From NCBI RefSeq assembly GCF_006345805.1, contig NW_021835727.1, forward strand, positions 1 through 38,736: a stretch of 38,736 nt of DNA, given 5' to 3'. The notes beneath the pieces are model-generated. The model was not told where the DNA came from. It did not search any database and saw only the letters and a program-made list of their open reading frames with translations. Positions 1 to 11,982 of the stretch are shown piece after piece (the stretch's first letter is position 1; the number at the start of each line of letters is the position of its first letter). The DNA is from Octopus sinensis (lineage: Eukaryota). The position numbers and the translations under genes are program-made.

Positions 1-32
<32 letters not shown>

Positions 33-40
33 ATATAATA

Positions 41-420
41 TAAGTAGTGTAGTGAATGAATTATCTTAGTATGGACAATTCGGTTAACCGATACCTGGGT
101 AGCAAATTCACGTCAGAAAAACACGGTTGAAGCTACATGCCAAGGGCAGAGATCACGTGCTTTCGTGTGGAAATTTGTGTGTCTTTTTTTAGTACAAATA
201 AATGAAAGAATGGAGTTGAGCGACGATTTAACAAAATTCCTTTATTCTCGATATATGTTTCGAAGGCTGCATATTCCTAATTTCGAAGGAATAAGGGGTG
301 CATTACGCCGCCTTCTCATCAGGAAAATAAGGAACTTATGTCAGCATCAAGATGAACAAAACTTTTAGATGGCTGCCCACACGGAGTCCATAGCAATAAT
401 GGACTCCGTCATTGTGGGCA
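41..420 (-). mobile_element. Short non-coding element with a hammerhead fold (Penelope-like pLTR / retrozyme-like), between (TA)n tracts
   Basis: Minus strand reads TTTTC-CTGATGA-GAAGGC...GCCTTC-GAAAC-ATAT-ATC-GAGAA, with an overlapping AATAAA. Both ends abut (TA)n. Confidence 0.65.
245..327 (-). ncRNA. Minimal type-I hammerhead ribozyme motif with long stem II
   Basis: Intact CUGAUGA and GAAA boxes; stem II GAAGGC/GCCUUC extended by UGCA/UGCA and UAUUCC/GGAAUA; stem I UUUUC/GAGAA; palindromic AUAU loop; AUC triplet. Confidence 0.7.
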
Positions 421-446
421 TTATATATATATATATATATATATAT

Positions 447-720
447 AATAAAATATAAAATGGGACAAGAATACAAAACGTCCGGAAAACAAGGTGATAC
501 AAGGGACAACAAAACATCCACATAGACGATATAAAAAAAAAAAGCAAGGACGGGTCATTCGAAGCTTTCTACCCTCAGTCAAGAACTGGATCATCCTCGC
601 AATTTCGGCTGTGCGAGGATGATCTGGTTCTTGACTGAGGATAGAAAGCTACGAATGACCCGTCCTTGTTTTTTTTGTATCGTCTATGTAGATGTTCTGT
701 TGTCCCATTTTGTATCTTAT
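447..720. repeat. Fold-back inverted repeat, ~100-bp arms and 10-nt spacer
   Basis: 503-601 is the reverse complement of 612-706 with few mismatches; 447-468 also matches 700-720; flanked by (TA)n. Confidence 0.9.
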
Positions 721-988
721 ATATATATATATATATACTAGTGTAGCAGTTGCGCATAATCGAAATCTCACCTGTCTGTGCCACAGGTGTTGTACTCGGA
801 CCATGCGGAGCTCGATACCTCTCGCTACAAGTCTTGTCGTTAGAAGCGCCGAAGGTAAAAGCGAGAACAAATATGGCAATATTTATCAGCGGAACATCGC
901 CATCAATCCACCGTTTTAAAATGATGTCGTATTTTCTTGAATCCAGAACAATAAAAAGTGACCGGGACTTGCTTTGCTTTGGCGAAAC

Positions 989-1029
989 GAAACCACGTGA
1001 CCACATTTACACCGTGGTCATGTGGTTTC
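989..1029. other. 16-bp hairpin
   Basis: GAAACCACGTGACCAC-9 nt-GTGGTCATGTGGTTTC; 15 Watson-Crick pairs plus one G-U on the + strand. Confidence 0.8.
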
Positions 1030-1460
1030 ATTAGACTCGTTGTATTAGAACAAAGCTAAGAAGAAATGTGAATGAAACAGCGTGAATAGCCTGTAAAACT
1101 CGATGTTAATAAATAAAACACATACACCTTTATACACAAACGCACACACACGCAGACACACATAGAAACGCGTGTGTATGCGCATGTGTGCGTGCCTGTG
1201 TGCGTGTGTATGTATATACACAGCTGTCATGTAGGTTTTTCTGGGTAACTGTTTGCCAATTCTTTCCTGTTCAACAGAGAGTTCTGTGCATTGCTGCAAG
1301 ACATCGGCATAGTTTATTAGCTGAAGGAACATTGTTTAGAACAAGATTCCTCAGCCATTCTTACATCAGAACCATTAGCATCAATCAAATTTACATGTAC
1401 ACATGCTTGCACGTACGCGCTCACACACACACTCACCGGCACACACACACACACACACAC

Positions 1461-1500
<40 letters not shown>

Positions 1501-1645
1501 GTTTCTGTGTGTTCGTATAAATATATGCATTTATCTTTCTCTCTCTCTCTCGCCCTCCCTCCCTCCCTCCCTCCCTCTATCTATCTACCTATACACATAT
1601 ATATATATATATGTACATTTATTCTTTTATTCTTTACTTTTTTTA

Positions 1646-2003
1646 TACTTGTTTCAGTCATTTGACTGCGGCCATGCTGGAACGTCACCTTTAGTCGAAC
1701 AAATCGACCCCAGAGAACTTATTCCTTGTAAGCCTAATTATTATTCTACCGATTTCTTTTGCCGAATTGGTAATGTTACGTGGACGTAAATACACCAACA
1801 TCGGTTTTCAAGCGATGGTGGGGGACAAACAGAGACACACAAACATACACATATATACTTCTTTCAGTTTCCTTGTACCAAATCCACTCACAAGCCTTTG
1901 GTTATTGCGAGGCTATTGTAGAAGACACTTGCCCAATGTTCCACGCAGTGGGACTGAAACCGGAGCCAGGTGGCTGGGAAGCAAGCTTCTTAACACTAGG
2001 CCA
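1646..2003 (-). mobile_element. tRNA-derived SINE family A, near full length
   Basis: B-box-like GGTTTCAGTCCC head and tail CAGCATGGCCGCAGTCAAATGACTGAAACAAGTA; matches copies at 11558 and 35917. Confidence 0.85.
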
Positions 2004-2324
2004 TAAATACAGCATACATACACATATAAGTGTGTCCGAGTGTGTGTACATGTGTGTTCATATATATATATTATATATATATGTATGGATATATATATAT
2101 AATAATATATATATACTAATATTACTATATATATTATACTATATATATATACACACAACATATATATATATATACTATATATATTATATATATACACACA
2201 CACACATATATATATATATGTATGTGTGTGTGTGTGTGTATACACATATATACATATATATAACCACTAAGCCACGCGCCTCCACAATGTAATGACTTGA
2301 AACAAAGGATAGAAGATATATAAA

Positions 2325-2434
<110 letters not shown>

Positions 2435-3671
2435 TGCGTGAACGCCGGCTTATGTTTTTGTTCGTGTGATAAGAATCTGGTGCCGAAAACAGTAGACACC
2501 GTGTAAGAGCAGCATATAAGGTATTTAGAAAGTTTTTCTTCTGTTTGTTTATTTTTTATTACTTTTTTTTTTTTTTTGGTGATAATTGCAAAAACCAACA
2601 TTTACATAATGATCACGTTGTTTTGTTTTCCCGTCGAGTCAGAAAGAAGCAAAAAATGAAATATAAAGGAAATCGGTTAAACGAATATAGCGAAACAGCA
2701 TGAACATCCAAGCAAATCTCAATTTTATCAAATAAATACAAAACACATACAAATATGTATATATATATATATAATTTACACACATATATACATATCTGTA
2801 TATACATAATATCTTATATATCTTATTATATTAAGATATATTAAATAAAACCAAACCCGCTGCAACACTATGAGAATTGTGTATTATCTGTGTGAATATA
2901 TTAATTTCTATTTTGTTGTTGCTCTCCCGATGCTGTTCTGGTACAAAGGAAGGATTCGCAAGAATAAATAACAAGATAAAATGTCAGAAATAATCGCGGA
3001 ATGTGGAACGACAAGATCCTTGACATAATCTGTTTCAATCTGACAGTAGGGGTTAGGAATTGAAGCTTTCTGAAGAATGGTCGTCCTATTTGATAATGTT
3101 TTGAGATGAAGAGGAATCTAGATTTTATGATAAATGTTTATAGGTATTGTGACAATTATTTTGGTGTTATCTCGGGGACTCTTTTACACTCTCGGTAAAA
3201 ACAAAACGAACAAAAGTTCACATCGCAGCCTGTCGTATGAATAAGATTCTATACGAACATTTGGAATTCTAGGAAGAAAAAATAAGCAACAAAAATGCTT
3301 CGGAGCTATTGTTGTAGTTTGTTCATGTTTAACTATAAACTTTGCTGCAATAAATCCCCCGGTTTGGGTTTCGGTCCCACCACATGGCATATTGGACAAA
3401 TAACTTCTGCTAAAGACTTTAGTCCTTGTGGAAGACTGAGAGATCTTATCCATTCCTAAGTCGTAGACTTAGTCTATCATCCCATCTAACACCACCACCA
3501 CTTTATCCTGGGTTAGTTTAAATCCTTTTCATATCAACCCACTTAAGACTGCCCCTGGCACTACGATACAAAATGTCTGTTTTAAAGCGAGTTGTTGTGC
3601 CGCTTCATCGCTCCTTGTTACATGTGGAAGGCTCCACACTCACAACTGTACAGTGAGAAAACGTCACACCA

Positions 3672-3702
<31 letters not shown>

Positions 3703-3759
3703 TGTATGTATGTATGTATGTATGTATGTATGTATGTATGTATGTATGTGTATATATGT

Positions 3760-3847
3760 AAGTTTCCTTCCTGAGCGTCCAATAACACTATACTTGTTCC
3801 ACATCCTCGCGTTGTTGTGTTTTCTCTTCGTGTTTTCATGTTTGGAT

Positions 3848-3852
<5 letters not shown>
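3760..3852 (+). mobile_element. 3' part of the hammerhead-bearing element family also seen at 8741-8905
   Basis: TTCCTGAGCGTCCAATAACACTATACTTGTTCCACATCCTCGCGTTG...TTTGGATTAAC matches the reverse complement of 8741-8822; ends in (TA)n. Confidence 0.75.
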
Positions 3853-3882
<30 letters not shown>

Positions 3883-3942
3883 GTGTGTGTATGTGTTTGT
3901 GAATGTATATATACATACATACACACACACACACATATATAT

Positions 3943-5560
3943 CTTTTCTTTTCTGCAGTTTCAGCTCAGAGCTGCGGCCATGCTGATGCACCGCCATTTT
4001 GCTACACTGTTATTACTGAGAGCCTCCTCCAATATGTGGCACTTGGTGAAGAATGGAGTTTGATGTAGCTACCCTCATTTGCACCTCTTGCCGTGAGGTA
4101 GGTTCCTCTAAGACACTCGACAGGAAAATGTTCAGCTTTGATTTAAAAACACCTACATCTATTTTGTGCAGGTTCCTCAGGCTCTTTGGGTGAATATTAA
4201 AAAGCTGTGGGCCCTTGAAACCCAGGCTGTTCCAGTAACTGGTCCTGAAGCCCGATAGTGTTGCTGGGATCTTTGGCACTATGCAGTGTCGTCCCGTTCT
4301 AGCATTGGTGTAGCTTCCAATGCCAAAATTTGGCACAATTCCTTCCAGGATCTTCCAGATATATACTACTGCATACTTCTCTCCAGGGAGTAGAGTCTTA
4401 GCTGTTTCAACATTTCCCAGTAGCTGAGCTGTTGCAAAGAGACGATCTTTGGGAATCTTCTCTGGATTGCTTCAAGGCCTGCTGTTAATTTCACACTGGT
4501 GGGTGACCATATCTGTGAGCAGTGATCCAGGCGACTGAGGACGAATGTCCTCCGGAGGACAATTATTGTTTCCTTATCTCTGGTTCTGAATATTCTCAGG
4601 ATTCATCCAGCCAGTCGTCTGCACTTTCTCGCCATCCTGGTAATGTGCACTTGGAAAGAGGTATCATCACTCATGTCGATACCCAGGTTCCTCACTGATT
4701 TAGACTCTGGGATTGAAATTCCCTGTGGCCCAGTGTACCCTGTAAGTTTCATATTCAGTTTTGGACGCTGGTAGCGCAGGGCCTGGAATTTCTCAGCATT
4801 AAACTGCATATTATTATCCTCAGTCCATCTGTAAATTGAGTCCAACTCCTGCTGCAGATGTGCAACATCGCTGGGGTTCTGTATTTTCTGCGAGACTTCC
4901 GTATCGTCTGCGTAGCTTGCAAAGGTGGCTATCTGGGCACTTGAGGGCATATCTGGGAGGGCTACTATAAAAAGCAGTGGTCCCAAGACAGTGCCCTGTG
5001 GAACACCGTTCACTATTTGTATGTTCATAGAGGTGACTCCATTAACCACTACTGCCTGACTCGTATCTTTCAGGAAGTCATGTAACCACACTCCAAGTTT
5101 TCCAGCTATGCCAAGGTCATGCAGTTTGTGGCGTATCATACCATGATCCACCTTGTCAAAAGCTTTTGCAAAATCAAGGTATCATCTACATTTGATTTGT
5201 TGAGTAACTGCCTCAACACCCAGTCATAATGTTGCAAGAGCTGGATCAGGCAGCTTCTACCTGGTCGAAAACCATGCTGGGTATCACTCAGCAAATTATT
5301 TCCCTCAAGGAATGCGATTAGTTACTCTCTGACTATCCATTCCATGACTTTGCTGATGTGTGAAGTCAGAGAGATAGGCCTATAGTTTTTGGCTTCTGCT
5401 CTACTGCCCCCTTTATGTATTGGGCATATTATTCCCTCCTTCAGCTTGCTTGGCAGTTTGCCATTCGCAAGAAAGCTCTGGAAGAGAATCTTGAGGGGTT
5501 TTGCCAAGGCATGCATGCATGATTTGAGGAGGATGGCTGGGAAACCATCAGGACCAGCAG
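3943..5560 (-). pseudogene. 5'-truncated CR1-group LINE, reverse transcriptase with frameshifts and stops, plus 3' UTR
   Basis: GPDG, KNYRPISLTS, QHGFRPGRSC, DFAKAFDKVDH, GVPQGTVLGPLLF, YADD and VRNLGI motifs spread over several frames. Confidence 0.92.
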
Positions 5561-5647
5561 TTTTTTCGACGATTTATGCAATCGCTTTTTGGTTGTTTCA
5601 GTAGAACGAAAAACCACGTCTTTCTTCAACGAAATCTGAAGTATATG

Positions 5648-5695
<48 letters not shown>

Positions 5696-6011
5696 CACAT
5701 TTACATACATAAGGCACAGATAATACCATAGCAGTGTCTGCATATGGGTGTAAAAGTTCACAAAAGCCCATCTGCCTATTCATACATACATACATACATA
5801 CATACACACACACATACATACATACATACATACATACATACATACATACATACATACATACATACATCAACGTTCACACACGTCTACATAAACATAATTG
5901 TAAATTTTTTATGCATATAATTATATAATTGTATAGATTGTATAGACAAGCATAAAACACCCAGCCGCCCCATATATGTGTGTGTGTATGTATATATGTA
6001 TGTATGTATGC

Positions 6012-6100
<89 letters not shown>

Positions 6101-6992
6101 ATATTTATATGTCTAGGGACCTGTACAAGGAGGTTGTGAATGTAATATAAAAGTTTTCTGATACACTAGCTACAAATAGCTTTATTTATATATTTAAATA
6201 TATTTTCTTTCTTTTACTCATATATTAAAAATATTTTATTCCCCAGCCTTACCTGCTGTCTCCATCCATTTTTACTCTTCATCAACTTAGCACAAAACGG
6301 GTTTAGTTGAGAAGACAAATTATGTACGTTAGGCTAAGTTATAAATGTAAGTCTTCTCTTTGTTTACAGAAATAAAGCTGCAGAAAATGAAATGCTGCAA
6401 GGAAATAAAGAAGTCTCTCGTATGCATTGATAATTGTCATTTTTACCGGAAGTTGTTTCAGCCCTCTAACGTTATTTTTATCGTCATTTCCGGTTAAATG
6501 TTTAAAGGTAAAGTGATCGGCGGAAGAATATCTTCAGTGAGATCTACCACATAATATATACTAACTAAAAATACTAATAGTTTTTTTTTGTTGTATTCTT
6601 TTTGTGTGTTTATTTGTTGAATATGAAGCAATTAGCGAAAAAGCATTAAAGTAAAAGATTAGACAGATACGGGAGGATTAACCGCTGTTTAATTCACAAG
6701 GAAACTAGAATTAATAAAAAGAACGATGCTTAAACTAGTTCCACTTCCTTTGTCTGTTAATAACGATTCTTCTTTAAGTACATTCGTTTATACGTAATAA
6801 TTTGTTACGCTGGCAACGAGCCCAAAACATTTATAGGAGAGTGCGATGAGGATTGAAACAAACCCCATGTAGAAGGGATCTTTACGAGCATGGTGAGGCA
6901 TGAAGCTGGAACATATTGATGTTAAACCCAAATCTCTACCATTTCTATCAATCCAGATTTTTTTCTGTTTCTAAATCTTGTTTTGCGTGGTT

Positions 6993-7075
6993 GGGTGGCA
7001 GTGTGGTAAAAAAAAAAATTTGCTTCCCATCCACATGGTTCCGGGTTCAGTTCCACTGCGTGGCACCTTGGGCAA
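6993..7075 (+). mobile_element. SINE A head fragment
   Basis: GTGGCAGTGTGGTAA...CCACATGGTTCCGGGTTCAGTTCCACTGCGTGGCACCTTGGGCAA. Confidence 0.8.
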
Positions 7076-7164
7076 CTGTATGTATGTATGTATGTATGTA
7101 TGTATGTATGTGTGTATGTGTGTATGTATGTATGTGTGTATGTATGTATGTGTGTATGTATGTA

Positions 7165-7244
7165 TGTTAGTGTGTATGTATGCATGTTAGTGTGTATGTA
7201 TGCATGTTAGTGTGTATGTATGCATGTTAGTGTGTATGTATGCA
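7165..7244. repeat. 20-bp minisatellite x4 within (ATGT)n
   Basis: Unit TGTTAGTGTGTATGTATGCA. Confidence 0.9.
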
Positions 7245-7486
7245 TGTACGTATGTAAGCGTCTCAGTACACATGTACGTGTATTTGAGCATTTGTGTCTT
7301 TATTTGTGCATATATGTATGTATGTATGTATGTATGTATTTATGTATGCATGTATGTATGTGTGTGTATGTATGAAAATATCAATATTCATGTGTGCGTG
7401 TTTGTGTATGTGTATGTAGGCATGCATGGATAAATGGATCATTGGATAGATTCCTGAGTGTGTGTGTGTGACGGAGAGATAGAGAA

Positions 7487-7518
<32 letters not shown>

Positions 7519-8068
7519 GAGAGTGAGAGAGAGAGAGAGAGAGAGAGGATTAATAGTCAGTATTTTCCATCCCCAAAACTTTCCTGCTGTGTGCAGAGCC
7601 GCCGCTAACCAAATCACAATGAATTCGTATCCAAGACAAGAGAGAACTGGGCTATTTCTGTTGGGGAATCTGCAAGACTTTGAAACTCCCTGACGAAATG
7701 AAGCGTTACATGAAGAAAGCAGAGCCCAGATATGTAAAGAATAACACCGCCACCCCGCAGGCTGATGGAACAATGATGCCTGGGAAGAAGCTGTGGTGGT
7801 GGTCACGGTGGTGAGTGCTGTCTTCACATGTAGAAGAGGAAGTGGTGGTATACAGCAGCAATGACAAGTAAGATAAACAAATCGTCATCATCCTATCACC
7901 TTTTGGAAGAAGGAATACAACAGAAGCTGGAACGGAAATCATACACGTACTTATTCGTATGTACCATACATGCATATATACATATATACATATATATGTA
8001 TGTATGTGTAATGTATACGTAAATGCATGTACTTAGGAGTGTGTGTATATGTTTATATATATATATAT

Positions 8069-8099
<31 letters not shown>

Positions 8100-8258
8100 A
8101 TTTATATTTGTGTATACAATGCACATGCATAACTCAAACACACACACATATGCATATTATATATATATATGTATATATATATGTATATATATATATATAA
8201 TGTATATATATATATATATATATAATATGTATATATAATATATATGCATATATATATG

Positions 8259-8294
<36 letters not shown>

Positions 8295-8632
8295 TATGTA
8301 TATGTATATATATAATATGTATATATATACATAGAGAGAGATAGAGAGAGAGAGAGAGAGCTATATAGATGTAGATAGAGTAATAAATGTATAGAATCCA
8401 GACCTGAAGATTGGGAGTACGTCGAACTAATTGAGTATTGAAACTAGAGACCTTATATCTCAAAAATACCGACATACTGTCATGAAAAACGTGTTGTCTT
8501 TAAAATGGAAACTCTGGGATTCTGAATAGATATAGTAAGTATCATATTTAATAATTGATGGCTCGGTCGGGTATAATATCTTTGAATGTTGATTGAGTAG
8601 AGGGGGGTTCTGTCTCTAAAACTACTTATATA

Positions 8633-8672
<40 letters not shown>

Positions 8673-8740
8673 TGTGTGTGTGTATATATAAAATTTAAAT
8701 TAAGCAGAAAATGGAGAAATAGAACTATATATATATATAT

Positions 8741-8902
8741 AGTTAATCCAAACAAGAAAGCACAAAAAACACAGCAACGCGAGGACGTGGAACAAATATA
8801 GTATTACTGGACGCTCAGGAAAGAAGGAGGATTTAACTTTTCGAGCGGAGCTCTTCGTCGGAAATATAGGAGAAGAAAAGATCCAGAGAAGGGAACACAG
8901 AG

Positions 8903-8905
<3 letters not shown>
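8741..8905 (-). mobile_element. Short element with variant hammerhead fold (8831-8865), inserted in (TA)n
   Basis: Minus strand ATTT-CCGACGA-A-GAGC-TCC-GCTC-GAAAA-GTT-AAAT; (TA)n on both sides. Confidence 0.65.
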
Positions 8906-8962
<57 letters not shown>

Positions 8963-9189
8963 TATATATAAATGATGGTTATGTATATATAAATTGTTCG
9001 TTGAATTGGTATGTAATGCTTATATATCCTCACAATTTCTAAAACTTTTTTTACTAGTTTATCATCGCAACTGTTTGATGAATGGTTACGGGAAAACTTT
9101 TTCGGTTTCAATAAAATAGCGTGTGGAGGTGGGAGGGGGTGAGTAGGTGAGTCCAGTTACGTAAGTTGGAACGTTGACCTAAACTTTCA

Positions 9190-9256
9190 TGAAACAGTGT
9201 CTTGACCTGAGACAGTGTCTTGACCTGAGACAGTGTCTTGACCTGAGACAGTGTCT
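9190..9256. repeat. 18-bp tandem repeat x3.7
   Basis: Unit TGAGACAGTGTCTTGACC containing the palindrome AGACA-G-TGTCT. Confidence 0.92.
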
Positions 9257-9646
9257 CCACACTGAAATAATTACAGGATGAGGGACAGATATTTGTCATT
9301 GAAAACCACACGGAAACTATCGACTTCACTTAAGCATTTACTATTTGGTGTCAGCATCTTCGTTGCACCAACTACGTCCTTGTCACTGATGAGTATTCAT
9401 TGCGTTCGTCCTCCACTCAAACATTTTCTGTTTGAAGTACCTCAAATGAATTTGGGACTGCTTAAGAACATGTTCGTTTTCTGATCGACAAATTCACATA
9501 GTTTTAATTTTATCAGCGATAATCCTGCCTCTTTAATCGTTAGATACTGTAATCCTGACTTTAAACTTATTTTTGATGCAATTTTTGTTAACATTTCGTA
9601 AACTGAAACCATCCTACTCCAACAACATTTACAGTTTGTACATCAA

Positions 9647-10147
9647 CATGATAATGCTCTTCATCATCATCATCATCATCATCAGTGTCGTCATTATCAT
9701 CATCATCAACATCATCACCAACACCATGATGTTCATCGTCGTCATCATCATCATCATCGTCGTCATCATCATCATCATCATCATCATCAACATCATCATC
9801 ATCATCATCACCATCGTCATGATCATCATCGCCACCACCACCATCATCATCATCATCATCATCGTCGTCGTCAACATCATCACCATCATCTTTACCACCA
9901 CCACTACCACCACAACCACCACCACAAACACCACCGCCATCATCACCATCCACATCATTATCATTAACGATGAGTGAATAATTGAGTACTGGGTTATTGC
10001 ACTTGGTTTTTTAAAATCTGGGGATGATGGTGGTGAAGTTCATGATGACGATGATGACGACGACGATGATGATGATGATAGTGGCCTTATGGTGATTAAG
10101 TTTAATGGTGATAGTGATAGCGGTAATGAGGTTGATAACGATGATGG

Positions 10148-10181
<34 letters not shown>

Positions 10182-10200
10182 AATGACGATGATGGTGATG

Positions 10201-10254
<54 letters not shown>

Positions 10255-10320
10255 GTGATGATGATGATGGTGATGATGATGATGATGATGATTATAGTGA
10301 TGATCATGATGTTTGTGATA
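9647..10320. repeat. (CAT)n array followed by complementary (GAT)n array
   Basis: CAT/CAC-rich 9647-9970 and GAT/GGT-rich 10023-10320. Confidence 0.92.
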
Positions 10321-11357
10321 GGTGCTTCTTCCACACGTGTAAAAATTTGTTTCAATTAATAAACGTGGTGTATTATATTTCTAAACAGACCCTACACCGC
10401 TACCCGTTTATCCACCCGCTTTTATATATTTACTTTCTAAACCTTCCCCAAATAATAATATATTTCAAAGCGCAGCCAACTTGAACAAGACGTGTCCCTA
10501 TTTTAATCAACAAAACCCCTAAGAAATAGTCCCACCCCTTTTCTCACATCTCTGCGAAAAAAAAAAACCTTAGGGACCAGCTAAAGGATTTAAAAGTACC
10601 CAGGTCAGCCTTTATTGACACAATTTCAATAAGAATTTCCTTTTATTTATTTATTAATTTTTTTTTACTCTATTATATTTACTTTTTAATTGAAATCTTT
10701 CTTTTCCTTTTTCTTCTTTGTACGAGAAAGACCAGCCAGAAGTGACCTTCCCCGCCGCCTCCGCCACATGCACCAAAGGTGAGTTTGTTCATTTCCCAAC
10801 AGCAGAAGACAACCCGAATAAGCATAATTTAAGTGAAAAGGGTCCGACTTTGATCTTCGTAGCCCCTCTTCTCACTCTCTCTCTATCTCCTTCTCTCTCT
10901 CTCTCTCTCTCTATCTTTCTTTCTTCCTATCTACCTGTTCGTACCCGCTCGCAACAATGTCGTCAACGCTGGCCCAACATCGCTGCTAGATTTCCGGGTA
11001 GAAGACCCCTATGTAAATAGAGGGAATACAAAGAGATTTAACAATTCCTAGATGGGCCGAAGGTTATGCCTGGATGAACAAACATAACATCACCTTACGC
11101 AGTCATCCTTAACAAATTTATGCATCGTTGAACAGTTCACTGTATTTCCTTCTTCGCGGAAACATTTTTTTTTCGTTTTTACCTTTTAATATTTATTTTG
11201 CCTTTTGTAAAAACGATAACAGCATTGATATCAACGACGTCAACAACAACAACAACAATAATCACAGCAGTAACAGCAAAATCATCATCATCATCATCAA
11301 AATCAACACAAACAACAGCAGCTTGGATATCACCATCATCACCGTCATATACAACAC

Positions 11358-11860
11358 AAGAAGCTTACTTCCCAACCGCAAAATTCCGGGTTCAGTCCCA
11401 CTGCATGGCACCTTAGGCATCAGGGCTACCAAGGCCTTGTGAGTAGATTTCGTAGACGGAAACTGAAACTCTGTGTGTGTGTGTGTTTGCATGTATATGT
11501 ATATATATATATACACACACACGCTCGCGCACACACACACATACACACATATAGATGTGCGCAGAAGTAGCTGTGTGCTACGAAGTTTGCTTCCCATCCA
11601 CATGGTTCCGGGTTCAGCCCCACAACGTGGCACCTTGGGCAAGTGCCTTCTATGTATTGTATGTCTGTGTTTGTTCCCCCACCATCGTTTGACAACCGAT
11701 GTTAGTGTATTTATGTCTCCGTAACTTAGCGGTTCGGCAAAAGAAACCGATAGAATGAGTACTAGGCTTACAAAGAATTAGTCCTGGGGTTTATTTGCTC
11801 GACTAAAGGCGGTGCTGCGGCATGGCTGCAGTCAAATGACTGAAACAAGTAAGAGTAAAA
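11358..11860 (+). mobile_element. SINE A: a head copy (11358-11470) followed by a longer copy (11558-11860)
   Basis: Two CCGGGTTCAG(T/C)CCCAC..TGGCACCTT heads; tail GGCGGTGCTGCGGCATGGCTGCAGTCAAATGACTGAAAC. Confidence 0.85.
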
Positions 11861-11899
11861 CTGCACACACACACACACAAATACACACACACACACACA

Positions 11900-11975
<76 letters not shown>

Positions 11976-11982
11976 AACAAGC

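Noticed and set aside
575-1034. 143-aa and 94-aa ORFs
   Set aside because: The 143-aa ORF crosses a (TA)n tract and the fold-back arm; neither shows a recognisable domain.
3515-3590. Possible piggyBac-type MITE end (TTAAATCCTTT...)
   Set aside because: Degenerate and no matching inverted partner found.
8403-8452. CTGAAGA...GAAAC-TAGA-GAC hammerhead-like motif (similar weak cases at 6439-6500 -, 23660-23710 -, 27450-27505 +, 37035-37060 -)
   Set aside because: Each lacks at least two of core box, NUH triplet, stem I or stem II; they may be ancient relics but are not supportable by eye.
9190-9256. CRISPR-like palindromic repeat
   Set aside because: Units are directly adjacent with no spacers, there are no cas genes and the context is eukaryotic.
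9573-10484. Poly-D, poly-I and poly-M ORFs
   Set aside because: (CAT)n/(GAT)n artefacts.
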